A stretch of DNA of 61,455 nt from positions 1-61,455 of the forward strand of contig CAZLRK010000003.1 of NCBI GenBank assembly GCA_964561845.1. The letters are read 5' to 3'. The position numbers were made by a program, and so were the translations under genes. A model generated the notes under the pieces. The model was not told the origin of the DNA, did not search any database, and was given only the letters and a program-made list of their open reading frames with translations. Positions 28,301 through 37,366 of this stretch are shown piece by piece (position 1 is the stretch's first letter; each line of letters begins with the position of its first letter). Source of the DNA: an uncultured Desulfobacterales bacterium. Its GTDB lineage: Bacteria > Desulfobacterota > Desulfobacteria > Desulfobacterales > JAUVVS01.

Positions 28301-28750
28301 CCGTCATATCTGGCAGAAGCCTTTGGCGCCACGATTGATCAGGATGGTTTCTTTGAGGAAGCCGAATCGAAATGGAGACCCGTGGATGCACTCAAGGATG
28401 GTGTCTTTGCCTGTGGTTTGGCGCATTCCCCGCGTTCCATTGCCGAGGCTATAACAACAGCCGAGGCTGCCGCCCAGAGGTCTCTTAGAATTCTTTCCCG
28501 GCCGGATATGCCGGCAGGAAAAGTGGTGGCAAAAGTTCGTCACAGCATATGCAGTCTGTGTGAACGATGTATTGATGCTTGTCCCTATGGCGCACGAACA
28601 CTCGATGTTGACGAGGAAAAGGTGGAAGTCAATCCGATCATGTGTCAGGGTTGCGGTTCATGCGCTACTGTTTGCCCCAATAGTGCTTCCATTTTGGATG
28701 GATTTCATAAACAGCAGATGCTCGATGTCATAGATGCTGCGTTTTTTTAA
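25310..28750 (+). CDS. hdrA: Tandem (two-module) HdrA with an internal response-regulator receiver domain
   Basis: RBS GGAGG. Module 1: GAGISG, FPTDRCGMC, ferredoxin insert, receiver domain (ILVVDD..TDIKMPG..MTAY..MKP), QCVGSRD..CSNICCMY. Module 2: ICTC..GACHP, GGGIAG, QCVDSR..YCSRVCC and a C-terminal 2[4Fe-4S] domain. Confidence 0.9.
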   Translation: MKRKIGSAVVVGAGISGIRTALDLAEVGYGVTIIDRSPHLGGILSQLDYQFPTDRCGMCKMLPLVDRDASSQYCLRKGLFHENIEILLSAELVSVEGEPGNFQVMLRQKPNLVDPELCMGCGVCVEVCPVEVPDTFNAGLVSRKAIYLPVPHAIPNPYLIDFAACTRCGECEKICPTNAIRLLEEERQKFRILVVDDELIVRESLKEWLEEEGFTVETAGSGTEALDSLTEGAYHLMLTDIKMPGMDGIEVLQKARENFPDLTVVMMTAYATVESAVEAMKIGALDYLMKPFDPDKIVAMVRGIYGDIEAAQGRQLEAGAIVFCGGTDYFDPASGKNTFGYGVYPNVVTSLEFERIFSGSGPSHGKLVRPFDGKPINKVAWIQCVGSRDLQTDADFCSNICCMYAIKEALVAKEKTEGKLDATIFYMDMRTFGKPFQRYRYKAEKEHGVRFKRGRIHSVTPDSETGNLLIRYADQSGEIHEDQQDMVVLSIGQRPASGTTNLADMVGIGLSSWGFGETEPFSLTRTEKEGVILGGAFSGLKDISESVIQASAAALSASRVIHASGGGLAPEPAAVPEVIDVSRELPRILVAICTCSGTLSEFINSKKIISNLKLDPFVEEVEFLEQTCTSNGWEALVELVKKQKPNRLLVGACHPYTYSQKLHELGQKAGLSPSLMDVVDLKLIDHSLKFKDEKPSPDELSVISNELSSTLAMGLAKLKRIDPSPVDTVPIQQQALVVGGGIAGMTAAMAIADHGFNVDIVEEAEELGGNLNWLQTTLDGHSTKALLGETLSRIEKHPLIKVHTQSRVMGSYGQVGCFYTTIEGEEGDVSNIEHGVTILATGGTEATTASYSYKDSDLIITQKELGIKLEDNTLDSSKLESVVMIQCVDSREEPRNYCSRVCCSSALKHALHLKEQNPDINIYILYRDMMAYGFNEAYYTKARRAEVIFIQYNLENKPDVKPGDESVQVTVFEPIIGKNIEINADIAVLATGVVPNLPSYLAEAFGATIDQDGFFEEAESKWRPVDALKDGVFACGLAHSPRSIAEAITTAEAAAQRSLRILSRPDMPAGKVVAKVRHSICSLCERCIDACPYGARTLDVDEEKVEVNPIMCQGCGSCATVCPNSASILDGFHKQQMLDVIDAAFF

Positions 28751-28776
28751 GAGTATTACAATAAAGGAGCTACTTA

Positions 28777-29355
28777 ATGAATCAAACGGCCATAAAAGAA
28801 ACGGGAACAGCAACTGTAGAAGAGATGTCGATTCCAGATCCCATGGCGCCGATCAAGGAGATGGTCCAGGCATGCATCCAGTGCGGAACCTGTACAGGCT
28901 CCTGTCCCAATGCATTTGCCATGGATCAAACCCCACGTAAAATGTGGCGTATGGTTTTGTTGGGACAAAAAGATGCTATTTTTTGCAGTAAGACCTTTAT
29001 TTTGTGTTCTTCCTGTTATTATTGCACCCTACGGTGTCCCCGTGGCCTGCCACTTACAGAGGCAATGGGAGCGCTCAAACAGATTGCTTCCAGGGAAAAC
29101 CTGGCGCAATACAGGCAGAGTACGCTTTTTTATAAAAAATTCATGGATAGCGTGCGCCGCCATGGCAAGGTGAGAGAAATGGAATTCATGAGCCTTTACT
29201 TTGTATCCATGAGAAACCCCTTTATTCCCTTGCGATTTGCCCCCCTTGGGATGAAGCTTATGACAAAGGGAAAGATTTCCATACAGTTTCCTTCAAAAAG
29301 AAAGGCCCCGTTAGAGCAGATCTTCCGCAAGGTCGAAGAAATGGAGGGAGGATAA
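28777..29355 (+). CDS. hdrC: Heterodisulfide reductase subunit C-like
   Basis: CIQCGTCTGSCP and CSSCYYCTLRCPRG. Confidence 0.9.
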   Translation: MNQTAIKETGTATVEEMSIPDPMAPIKEMVQACIQCGTCTGSCPNAFAMDQTPRKMWRMVLLGQKDAIFCSKTFILCSSCYYCTLRCPRGLPLTEAMGALKQIASRENLAQYRQSTLFYKKFMDSVRRHGKVREMEFMSLYFVSMRNPFIPLRFAPLGMKLMTKGKISIQFPSKRKAPLEQIFRKVEEMEGG

Positions 29356-29357
29356 AA

Positions 29358-30221
29358 ATGAAGTACCTATACTATCCAGGTTGCTCCCTGGAAGGGACGG
29401 CCCGGGAATACGATATTTCTACCCGCGCTTTGATGCAATTAGCAGGTACGGATTTGCTTGAATTAAGGGATTGGAACTGTTGCGGCGCAACTGCAGCCGA
29501 GCCCACCAGCTTTCTTCTTTCCCTTGTCCTTCCGGCTCGAAACCTCGCCATAGCCGAAGAGATGAACGATGTCCAAGACATCCTGGTACCATGCAGCGCA
29601 TGCTATTTGAACCTTAAAAAAGTAGAAGAAAAAACAAAAAAGGAGCCAGATATTTTTGCTAAAATCAATACTATTTTACTCGAAGATAAGCTCGAGTATA
29701 AAGGCAAGATACGGGTGAGACATCTACTGGATGTTATAATCAATGATATTGGCCCGGAAACCATCCGCCCCCTTGTGAAAAAGCAGCTTAACGGCTTTGT
29801 CATCGTGCCTTACTATGGATGTCAATGCCTGCGTCCTTACCCTGTATTTGATGATCCTGAAGACCCGCACTCCATGGAACCGATAATTGATAGCATTGGA
29901 GCAACTGTTCGCCCCTGGAACATGGGTGGAAAATGCTGCGGCGCATCCCACATGAATACCAAAATGGAGGTTGGGATAGAACTTGTGACCGCCATATTGA
30001 AGGCGGCAAAAGGAGCGGACGCTATCGTAACGGTCTGTCCCATGTGCCAGATGAATCTGGAGGCTTACCAGAAGAAGATATCCAGTCTGTCAAATGAAGA
30101 CCTCAACATATCAATCCTCTATCTTCCACAGCTTATAGGTCTGGCCCTTGGGATAGCGAAACAGGAGCTTGGGATAGATTTGAACCTCTCCGTAACCGAT
30201 AAATTCCTGAAGAAATTTTAG
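29358..30221 (+). CDS. hdrB: Heterodisulfide reductase subunit B-like
   Basis: YYPGCSL, WNCCGA, PCSAC, YYGC, KCCGA, VCPMCQMNL (two CCG domains). Confidence 0.92.
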   Translation: MKYLYYPGCSLEGTAREYDISTRALMQLAGTDLLELRDWNCCGATAAEPTSFLLSLVLPARNLAIAEEMNDVQDILVPCSACYLNLKKVEEKTKKEPDIFAKINTILLEDKLEYKGKIRVRHLLDVIINDIGPETIRPLVKKQLNGFVIVPYYGCQCLRPYPVFDDPEDPHSMEPIIDSIGATVRPWNMGGKCCGASHMNTKMEVGIELVTAILKAAKGADAIVTVCPMCQMNLEAYQKKISSLSNEDLNISILYLPQLIGLALGIAKQELGIDLNLSVTDKFLKKF

Positions 30222-30272
30222 CCTGGATGCCTCAGGCTTGAACCTTTAAACGATGAACGGTTATAAGATATC

Positions 30273-32561
30273 ATGTTAAAACACCTGAAAAATCTTCGCC
30301 ATCGCCTTGTTGCAAAACTTATCCTCACCGTGGGATTTGTCTTACTCTTCCTCGTATCAACCTGGGCCTATTTCAACATTAATTACCAAAAAGAAAAAAT
30401 GATGCAAAATATTACTGCCGGCATCGACAGATTAACCAATACCATCAAGCTAGGCACCCATTATGCAATGATGCTTAATTCAAGGGATGACATAAACCAG
30501 ATCATCAACAATATCGGCAAACAGAGAGAACTCGAGAACATTCGTATTTATAATAAAGAAGGGCAAATAAAATTTTCAAATAAGCCTGCTGAAGTCGACA
30601 TGATCACCAATATTAAGGCAGAGGCCTGTGATATCTGTCACAGAACCGATCCGCCCCTGACAGAGCTTGAGTTAAGTGAAAGAACACGGATATTTAATTC
30701 CACAAAAGGGCATCGACTGCTTGGGATTATCAGTCCTGTTTACAATGAAACAGGTTGTTCAGCGGATGACTGCCATGTTCATCCCGAGGGGAAAAAGATT
30801 TTAGGCGCCCTTGATGTTGTTGTTTCCCTTGAAACAACAGATAGAGAAATCGTTCAAGCTGAAAAAGGAATCGTAGGGTTGGCTGTTTTTGTGTTCCTGG
30901 TAACATCAACAATTATTTTTATTTTTGTGTTAAGATTCGTGAACCGGCCCATAAAGAGATTGATAAAAAGAACAAAGCTTATAGCAAAGGGTGAATATAT
31001 TATTGAAGAAGGTATTGGCCAGAGCGATGAAATAGGTGAGCTGTCTGTTGCCATTAGCAAGATGGGCAAAGAGATCGGGGAAAAACAGACCGAATTAAAC
31101 AGGCAGAGAAATGAATATCAGGATCTTTTCGAACACGTACCATGCTTAATCACGGTTCAGGACAGAAACTATAAAATTATCAGGTATAATCGAGAATTTG
31201 CCGAAAAGTTTAAACCGGAACCGGGAGATTACTGCTACAGCGCTTATAAGGGCCGTGAGGAAAAGTGCCCGATTTGCCCGGTTGAAAAAACATTCAAAGA
31301 CGGCAAGTCCCATTTCAGCGAAGAGAAGGGCTTTACCAAAGATGGAACTGTAACGCATTGGATTGTAAACACTTCTCCAATTAAGAATGCAAAAGGCGAA
31401 ATCGTTGCCGCCATGGAGGTAAATCTTGATATAACGCACAGGAAGCAGCTTGAAGAAGATCTGGAGAAATCAGAAAAGAAATATCATGCCATTTTCAATA
31501 ATATACCAAACCCTGTCTTTGTTTTGGACACGGACTCCCTTGAGATACTTGATTGTAACGAAAGTGTGAAAACCATTTACGGCTATGCCAAAGATGAGAC
31601 CATTGGCGAATCCTTTCTGGAGCTATTTGCGGAAGAAGAAAAAGACACATATGATTCAAAGATAAAAACATCTGCGGTTATCAACCAGGCAAAACATGTC
31701 AGCAAAGCCGGTGAAACTCTTTTTGTTAATATCAGGGTTTCACCTTCCGAATATCCCGGAAAGAAGGTTCTCCTTGTTACAACCAGTGACATCACAAAGC
31801 GGCTTGAGACCGAACAACAGCTTATACAGGCCAGTAAAATGGCAACCCTGGGTGAGATGGCTACCGGAGTGGCACACGAATTGAATCAACCTCTTTCGGT
31901 CATTAAAACGGCCAGCAGTTTTTTTATGAAAAAGATCCATATAAAGGAAAAAATCGAAAACAACATTCTTGATATCATGCTAACCAAAGTTGACAACAAT
32001 GTGGATCGTGCCACAAAAATTATTAATCACATGCGGGAATTTGCACGCAAGTCCGATATAAAGTTGTCAAAAATACAGCTTAATGAGGTATTGAAAAGCG
32101 CTTTTGAAATATTCAGCCAGCAACTGAGAGTTAGAGGGATTGAAGTAATATGGGACATTCAGGATGATTTGCCTAAGATAATGGCTGATCCCAGCCGCCT
32201 GGAACAGGTCTTTATCAATCTTTTGTTAAATGCAAGGGATGCTATTGAAGAAAAATGGGCATCTGAAAAACATATTGATGGAGATAAAAAGATTACGCTT
32301 AAGACTATATTCGACGGGGAGTATATAATTTGCAAGATATGTGATTCAGGCAAGGGAATTCCAAAGGCCATTTCAAATAAGATATTTGAGCCTTTTTTTA
32401 CGACTAAGGAAGTGGGTAAAGGAACCGGCCTTGGTCTTTCCATCAGCTATGGTATTATAAAGGAATGTCGAGGGAATATCGAGGTTAAAACTGATAATGA
32501 CGAAGGAACCTGTTTTGTTATAAAATTTCCTGTTCGGGATATAAAAGATGAGCCGCTCTAA
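30273..32561 (+). CDS. Membrane histidine kinase with a periplasmic c-type haem-motif domain, HAMP and two PAS domains
   Basis: Two TM helices enclosing CDICH and CSADDCH; HAMP (DEIGEL); PAS domains; HELNQP H-box; G boxes. Confidence 0.9.
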   Translation: MLKHLKNLRHRLVAKLILTVGFVLLFLVSTWAYFNINYQKEKMMQNITAGIDRLTNTIKLGTHYAMMLNSRDDINQIINNIGKQRELENIRIYNKEGQIKFSNKPAEVDMITNIKAEACDICHRTDPPLTELELSERTRIFNSTKGHRLLGIISPVYNETGCSADDCHVHPEGKKILGALDVVVSLETTDREIVQAEKGIVGLAVFVFLVTSTIIFIFVLRFVNRPIKRLIKRTKLIAKGEYIIEEGIGQSDEIGELSVAISKMGKEIGEKQTELNRQRNEYQDLFEHVPCLITVQDRNYKIIRYNREFAEKFKPEPGDYCYSAYKGREEKCPICPVEKTFKDGKSHFSEEKGFTKDGTVTHWIVNTSPIKNAKGEIVAAMEVNLDITHRKQLEEDLEKSEKKYHAIFNNIPNPVFVLDTDSLEILDCNESVKTIYGYAKDETIGESFLELFAEEEKDTYDSKIKTSAVINQAKHVSKAGETLFVNIRVSPSEYPGKKVLLVTTSDITKRLETEQQLIQASKMATLGEMATGVAHELNQPLSVIKTASSFFMKKIHIKEKIENNILDIMLTKVDNNVDRATKIINHMREFARKSDIKLSKIQLNEVLKSAFEIFSQQLRVRGIEVIWDIQDDLPKIMADPSRLEQVFINLLLNARDAIEEKWASEKHIDGDKKITLKTIFDGEYIICKICDSGKGIPKAISNKIFEPFFTTKEVGKGTGLGLSISYGIIKECRGNIEVKTDNDEGTCFVIKFPVRDIKDEPL

Positions 32562-33717
32562 TAATAAAGATAAAATATTACTGGTTGATGATGAAGACGA
32601 TATCCGGGAGGTTTTGAGCATATCTTTGTACGATATGGGATATAACGTGTTTGCAACCGAAAATGGAGAGGAAGCCCTGCGCATTTTTAAAGAGGTTAAT
32701 CCTTTAATCGTACTTACGGACATAAAGATGCCGGGTATGGATGGAATCGAGCTACTTCGAAGGATTAAACATGAAAACCCGGATACCGAGGTCGTAATGA
32801 TTACCGGCCATGGAGATATGAACCTGGCTGTAAAAAGCCTCAAATATGAGGCAACTGATTTTATCACCAAGCCAATCAGCGTTGATGCCCTGGGAATCGC
32901 ACTTAGAAGGGCCCATGATAAAATTATAATGAAAAAGAAATTAAGGGAATACACTCAAAACCTTGAGGCAATAGTTCGTGAAAAGAGTGAGTTGCAGGAT
33001 CGTCTTTCATCATTGGGTTTTATGATCGGTTCCATTTCACATAGCATAAAAGGACTGCTGACAGGATTAGACGGCGGGATGTACTTGCTTGATTCCGGTT
33101 TTGCAAAAGAGAACCAGGACAGGATTAAAGAAGGATGGGGAGTTGTAAAATTTATTGTTGATCGCATACGAAAAATGGTCCTTGACATCCTTTTTTATGC
33201 AAAGGAGAGGGAGCTGAAATGGGAGCAGATCGATGTTTTAAGTTTTGCTAATGAGGTTGCTTTGATTATTGAACCTAAGGCGCAAAATCAACATGTTGAA
33301 TTTGTATATGATTTTGATTCATCGCCGGGAAAGTTTGAGATCGATTCAGGCTTTCTCCATTCAGCGCTCATTAATATTCTAGAAAATGCTGTTGATGCAT
33401 GTATAAAAGATAAATTAAAAAAATTGCATAAAGTAATCTTTAATGTAACTCATGACAGAGATCACATTATATTTGATGTCATTGATAATGGCATAGGAAT
33501 GGATAATGAAACAAAGGAAAAAATATTTACGCTTTTCTTCTCATCAAAAGGAGACAAGGGGACAGGTCTGGGTCTCTTTATCTCAAACAATATAATTAAA
33601 CAACACGGCGGTGAAATAAAAGTACAATCAACGCTTTGGCAGGGATCAAAATTTAGTATAAAGATTCCAAAGATAATCCCGAAGTCAGCTAAAACCCCTT
33701 ATAGTGAAAAGAAATAG
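32548..33717 (+). CDS. Hybrid REC-histidine kinase
   Basis: ILLVDDE..TDIKMPG..ITGH..TKP; SHSIKG H-box; NILENA, DNGIGM, GTGLGL. Confidence 0.9.
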   Translation: MSRSNNKDKILLVDDEDDIREVLSISLYDMGYNVFATENGEEALRIFKEVNPLIVLTDIKMPGMDGIELLRRIKHENPDTEVVMITGHGDMNLAVKSLKYEATDFITKPISVDALGIALRRAHDKIIMKKKLREYTQNLEAIVREKSELQDRLSSLGFMIGSISHSIKGLLTGLDGGMYLLDSGFAKENQDRIKEGWGVVKFIVDRIRKMVLDILFYAKERELKWEQIDVLSFANEVALIIEPKAQNQHVEFVYDFDSSPGKFEIDSGFLHSALINILENAVDACIKDKLKKLHKVIFNVTHDRDHIIFDVIDNGIGMDNETKEKIFTLFFSSKGDKGTGLGLFISNNIIKQHGGEIKVQSTLWQGSKFSIKIPKIIPKSAKTPYSEKK

Positions 33718-33850
33718 GACGAGTTAAACCGTCCATGATAAGTTGTAAATAACATTTCACAAATATTTCATAAACAATATTCACTTCCATTCATTTCAAA
33801 CTTCTTCTTTACTAATTCCCTTCATATTATTAAACTATTATAATCTTTTT

Positions 33851-33996
33851 GTAATATTTTAGCTGTTTGAAAACTTGGCCGAATGTGTAAAACTCGCGTA
33901 TAAGTGAGTGAGACGCTCAGACAGTTACACGATTAAAAATTTAAAAACCTTTGAAGATAGCTGGTGCTAATTGTTTTCATAAGGCTAAATTAAAAC
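33851..33996. mobile_element. MITE-like family A copy 3, internally deleted (146 bp)
   Basis: Same left terminus; 8-bp direct repeat ATCTTTTT (33843-33850, 33997-34004); inner hairpin missing. Confidence 0.8.
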
Positions 33997-34028
33997 ATCT
34001 TTTTATCCTAGTGGCCTTATTTTAAAAA

Positions 34029-34075
34029 ATCATAGATATTGTGTATTTTTTTTCTTGACATACAACATATAGTAT
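34029..34075 (+). promoter_or_regulatory. Tandem NrdR boxes
   Basis: atcatagatattgtgt (34029-34044) and atacaacatatagtat (34060-34075), 31 bp apart, overlapping TTGACA, upstream of a ribonucleotide reductase. Confidence 0.7.
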
Positions 34076-34125
34076 GAGAATGGATATTTTACGCTCTATC
34101 GCAGGTATACATAAAACTTAAAACT

Positions 34126-34325
34126 GTAACCCCAATTGAGTAAAAAACCAATTGGAAGTTATTCGTTATTCGTTATTTGTTATTGATTAATCGTTTAAAA
34201 GGAATAAAATTCGTTTTTATGTTTCATCAATCCTATATTTATAAAATAAGACGATCATTTAATTCTAATAACTAATAACAATTAACGCCTAATTGAGCAC
34301 TATTTTCGCTCAATTAGGGTGTAAC
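34126..34325. repeat. Element with GTAAC-type termini enclosing inverted heptamer arrays
   Basis: gtaaccccaattgag ... ctcaattagggtgtaac; (gttattN)x4 at 34158-34185 versus taataac-like x3 at 34266-34286. Confidence 0.65.
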
Positions 34326-34330
34326 TTCTC

Positions 34331-34402
34331 AAAAAGTTATGGTAAGCTATGTGGTGACCGGTGAACAGTGATCGGTAATCAGTAGTTGGTAATCGGTAAT
34401 CC
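34331..34402. repeat. 17-bp terminus followed by seven degenerate heptamers
   Basis: gtgaccg gtgaaca gtgatcg gtaatca gtagttg gtaatcg gtaatcc (34354-34402). Confidence 0.65.
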
Positions 34403-34424
34403 AAATTTTTCAACGGAGGAGTCA

Positions 34425-36911
34425 ATGAGTGAAAACAGCAAAGTCTTAGTAACGGAAGGAGCGCGACTCGATTTAAGCGCTTACAGGTTGGATGATCATC
34501 TTTTCTCTGATATCCTTGTTAAAGAGAACTCTATCGATACTGATCAAGCCATGGACATTAGCCGGTTCCTGAGAGAAGAAATCGACAAAACAAAAGATCG
34601 AACCATTACAATGCCTCTTATCGAGAAGATAATAGAGACAAAGTTGCAAGAATACGGACTTACAAAAATATCACCGATTCGTTTGGATGAGTCCATTTTT
34701 AAAAAAAATGGACCGGTTCTTTCTAAAAATGCTAAGGCAGTGCTGGAAAGAAGGTATCTAAAGAAAAACAATGAAGGAAAGGTTATAGAAAAACCCGAGG
34801 AAATGTTTAAGAGAGTTGCAAATCATATCGCAAAAGCGGAGAAAAAATATAAAACCTCTTCGCAAGAAGGAAAAATGGAAGAAGTTTTTTATGATATGAT
34901 GACGGAATTTAAATTTTTACCCAATTCACCCACCTTGATGAATGCCGGGCGAAGACTGGGTCAGTTGGCGGCCTGCTTTGTCCTGCCCGTTGAGGACAGT
35001 ATGGACGGAATTTTTGATTCTTTAAAAAATGCGGCCCTTATTCATAAATCGGGAGGTGGGACCGGGTTTTCCTTTTCCCGCCTCAGGCCAAAAAAAAGCC
35101 GTGTAGGGACAACCGGAGGTGTTGCCTCGGGCCCTGTTTCTTTTATGAAGATCTTCAATACCGCCACCGAACAGGTTAAACAGGGCGGCACCCGCCGTGG
35201 GGCCAATATGGGTATTCTGCGGGTAGACCACCCGGACATCATGGAATTTATTTATAGCAAAAGGGACAACAAGGAACTCAACAATTTTAATATTTCTGTT
35301 GGCGTTACGGAAGCTTTCATGGAAGCGGCTAAGAATAGACAAACATATGATTTGCTGGATCCCGGCAGTCGAAAAAAAGTTGGAGAGTTAAATGCTGCTA
35401 AAGTATATCGGACCCTGGTGAAGCAGGCATGGGAAACCGGGGATCCGGGCATCGTTTTTTTAGACAGATTAAACAAGGACAACCCAACCCCTTTACTGGG
35501 TGAAATAGAAAGCACAAATCCATGTGGTGAGCAGCCATTGCTTCCCATGGAGGCCTGTAATCTTGGGTCTATTAATCTGGCCAAATTTATAATAAAAAAT
35601 GAAGACAAGGCGACAATCGACTATAAGAACCTAAGGGGAACCGTTTGGAGTGCTGTTAGGTTTCTGGATAACACCATTGACATGTCCAAATATCCGATTC
35701 CAGAAATAGATAACATGGTAAAGGGTAACCGTAAAATTGGTCTTGGAGTTATGGGATTTGCTGATATGTTGTACAGATTAAAAATTCCCTACAACTCGGA
35801 AAAGGCCCTTAAGATAGCCGAAGAGGTCATGGAGTTTATACAAAAGGAGTCTCGAGATGCATCAAGCGATTTAGCTAATGATCGAGACTGTTTTAACAAT
35901 TTTGATAAAAGTATTTTTAAAGATAAAAACGGCTGTACCTATCGAAATGCTACAACTACAACCATTGCTCCGACGGGCACATTAAGCATTATTGCCGATT
36001 GTTCAAGTGGGATTGAGCCGTTATTTGCCCTCAGTTTCGTCAGAAATGTTATGGATAATGATAAACTTCTGGAGGTAAATCCATATTTCGAAAGTATTGC
36101 AAGAGAGAGGGGATTCTATAGCAAAGAGTTGATGGATATGATCGCCAAGAAGGGAAGTATTAAAAAAATCGAAGAAATACCTGAAGATGTGAGAAAGGTT
36201 TTTGTAACTGCGCATGATGTGTCACCTGAATGGCATATCAGAATGCAGGCCGCTTTTCAGAAGTTTACAGACAACGCAGTTTCAAAAACGGTCAACCTGT
36301 CTCAGGATGCCACGGTGGATGACGTCTTAAAAATTTACAATCTTGCTTATGAGCTGTACTGTAAAGGAGTTACCATATACAGAGACGGGAGCAAAGAAAA
36401 TCAGGTTCTTTCCTTTTCCGGAAAGGATGAAGAAAAAAACGGTATTATAGCAGCAGTGAAAAAGAGACCCGACACCCTGGAAGGTTTTACAACAAGGATT
36501 GTCACGGGTATGGGCCGACTTTATGTTACCGTAACCGAATACGAAGGACAACCCTTTGAAGTTTTTGCTACTATCGGCAAATCGGGGAGATCCACCACTG
36601 CCAAAACAGAGGCTATAGGCAGACTTACTTCTCTGGCTCTCAGATCAGGAGTGAAGGTGGGAAAAATAGTTGAGCAGCTGAAAGGTATTGGCGGAGAGCA
36701 TCCCGTATTTCAAAAGGATGGCCTGGTTTTATCTATACCGGACGCAATTGGTCGTGTACTTGAGAAAAGATATCTAAAAGGCGAACCCAAAAAAACCCGC
36801 AAATATAGTCAAAGCCTTCGCGGAGAAATCTGCCCTGACTGCGGTCAGACTGCCACTCATGAAGAAGGCTGTATGACATGCCATTTCTGTGGCTTTACTA
36901 AATGCGGGTAA
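34425..36911 (+). CDS. nrdJ: Class II (B12-dependent) ribonucleotide reductase
   Basis: PNSPTLMNAG, QLAACFV, GGGTG, TNPCGEQ, ACNLGSINL, TIAPTGT, SKTVN; C-terminal S-I-P-D domain and CPDC..CHFCG Zn ribbon. Confidence 0.95.
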   Translation: MSENSKVLVTEGARLDLSAYRLDDHLFSDILVKENSIDTDQAMDISRFLREEIDKTKDRTITMPLIEKIIETKLQEYGLTKISPIRLDESIFKKNGPVLSKNAKAVLERRYLKKNNEGKVIEKPEEMFKRVANHIAKAEKKYKTSSQEGKMEEVFYDMMTEFKFLPNSPTLMNAGRRLGQLAACFVLPVEDSMDGIFDSLKNAALIHKSGGGTGFSFSRLRPKKSRVGTTGGVASGPVSFMKIFNTATEQVKQGGTRRGANMGILRVDHPDIMEFIYSKRDNKELNNFNISVGVTEAFMEAAKNRQTYDLLDPGSRKKVGELNAAKVYRTLVKQAWETGDPGIVFLDRLNKDNPTPLLGEIESTNPCGEQPLLPMEACNLGSINLAKFIIKNEDKATIDYKNLRGTVWSAVRFLDNTIDMSKYPIPEIDNMVKGNRKIGLGVMGFADMLYRLKIPYNSEKALKIAEEVMEFIQKESRDASSDLANDRDCFNNFDKSIFKDKNGCTYRNATTTTIAPTGTLSIIADCSSGIEPLFALSFVRNVMDNDKLLEVNPYFESIARERGFYSKELMDMIAKKGSIKKIEEIPEDVRKVFVTAHDVSPEWHIRMQAAFQKFTDNAVSKTVNLSQDATVDDVLKIYNLAYELYCKGVTIYRDGSKENQVLSFSGKDEEKNGIIAAVKKRPDTLEGFTTRIVTGMGRLYVTVTEYEGQPFEVFATIGKSGRSTTAKTEAIGRLTSLALRSGVKVGKIVEQLKGIGGEHPVFQKDGLVLSIPDAIGRVLEKRYLKGEPKKTRKYSQSLRGEICPDCGQTATHEEGCMTCHFCGFTKCG

Positions 36912-37016
36912 GCTTTTAGTCACTCAACAGCGACAAAAAAAGTCGATATGATTGTAAATCATGTTTTTTGTTTTTTTGACATAAAAACGAAAAAAAACGG
37001 ACATCAGGAACATTTT

Positions 37017-37280
37017 ATGCGTCTTGAAAAAAATCCTGTATTCAGAAAAGTAATTGTTCCCTGGTATGACTCTGAAACATTATGTTTTCTTTTGATTTTC
37101 TTTATGGTCATTGTATTTTTGTTTAGTATTGTGGGCATATTAGTATCAGGGGAAGAATTGGGATACCGTGATTACGTTTGGGTTCCAATCCTTCTTACAA
37201 TAATGAGTGGAGTCGTAATCACCTCAATTACAGTACGCATAGCTAGAAGATATATGGAGCAGTATTCAAATAGGATTTGA
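37017..37280 (+). CDS. Small two-TM hypothetical protein
   Basis: MRLEKNPVFRKVIVPWYD followed by two hydrophobic helices. Confidence 0.6.
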   Translation: MRLEKNPVFRKVIVPWYDSETLCFLLIFFMVIVFLFSIVGILVSGEELGYRDYVWVPILLTIMSGVVITSITVRIARRYMEQYSNRI

Positions 37281-37307
37281 GACCTTTGTAAAACGCTCCC
37301 GTTTGCC
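37279..37307. mobile_element. Left-end fragment of family E
   Basis: gagacctttgtaaaacgctcccgtttgcc matches the start of the copies at 46435 and 61317. Confidence 0.55.
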
Positions 37308-37366
37308 ACTTTTAATAATCAATTGCTAATTGTGAATAGTTAATGTCTTTTTATTTAAGTTAGCGC

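Noticed and set aside
14776-30221. QmoABC or respiratory complex I assignment
   Set aside because: No apr genes, membrane QmoC or Nuo membrane subunits; hdrBC and a stand-alone mvhD indicate a soluble Hdr-type complex.
33743-33762. Rex-like palindrome ttgtaaataacatttcacaa
   Set aside because: Spacing is 2 nt longer than the TTGTGAA-N4-TTCACAA consensus and no promoter is clearly associated.
34158-34402. CRISPR array interpretation of the short repeats
   Set aside because: Units are 6-9 nt, contiguous, with no unique spacers, and no cas genes are present.
34080-34424. Cobalamin riboswitch upstream of nrdJ
   Set aside because: No B12-box or conserved core is recognisable; the region is explained by AT-rich repeat elements.
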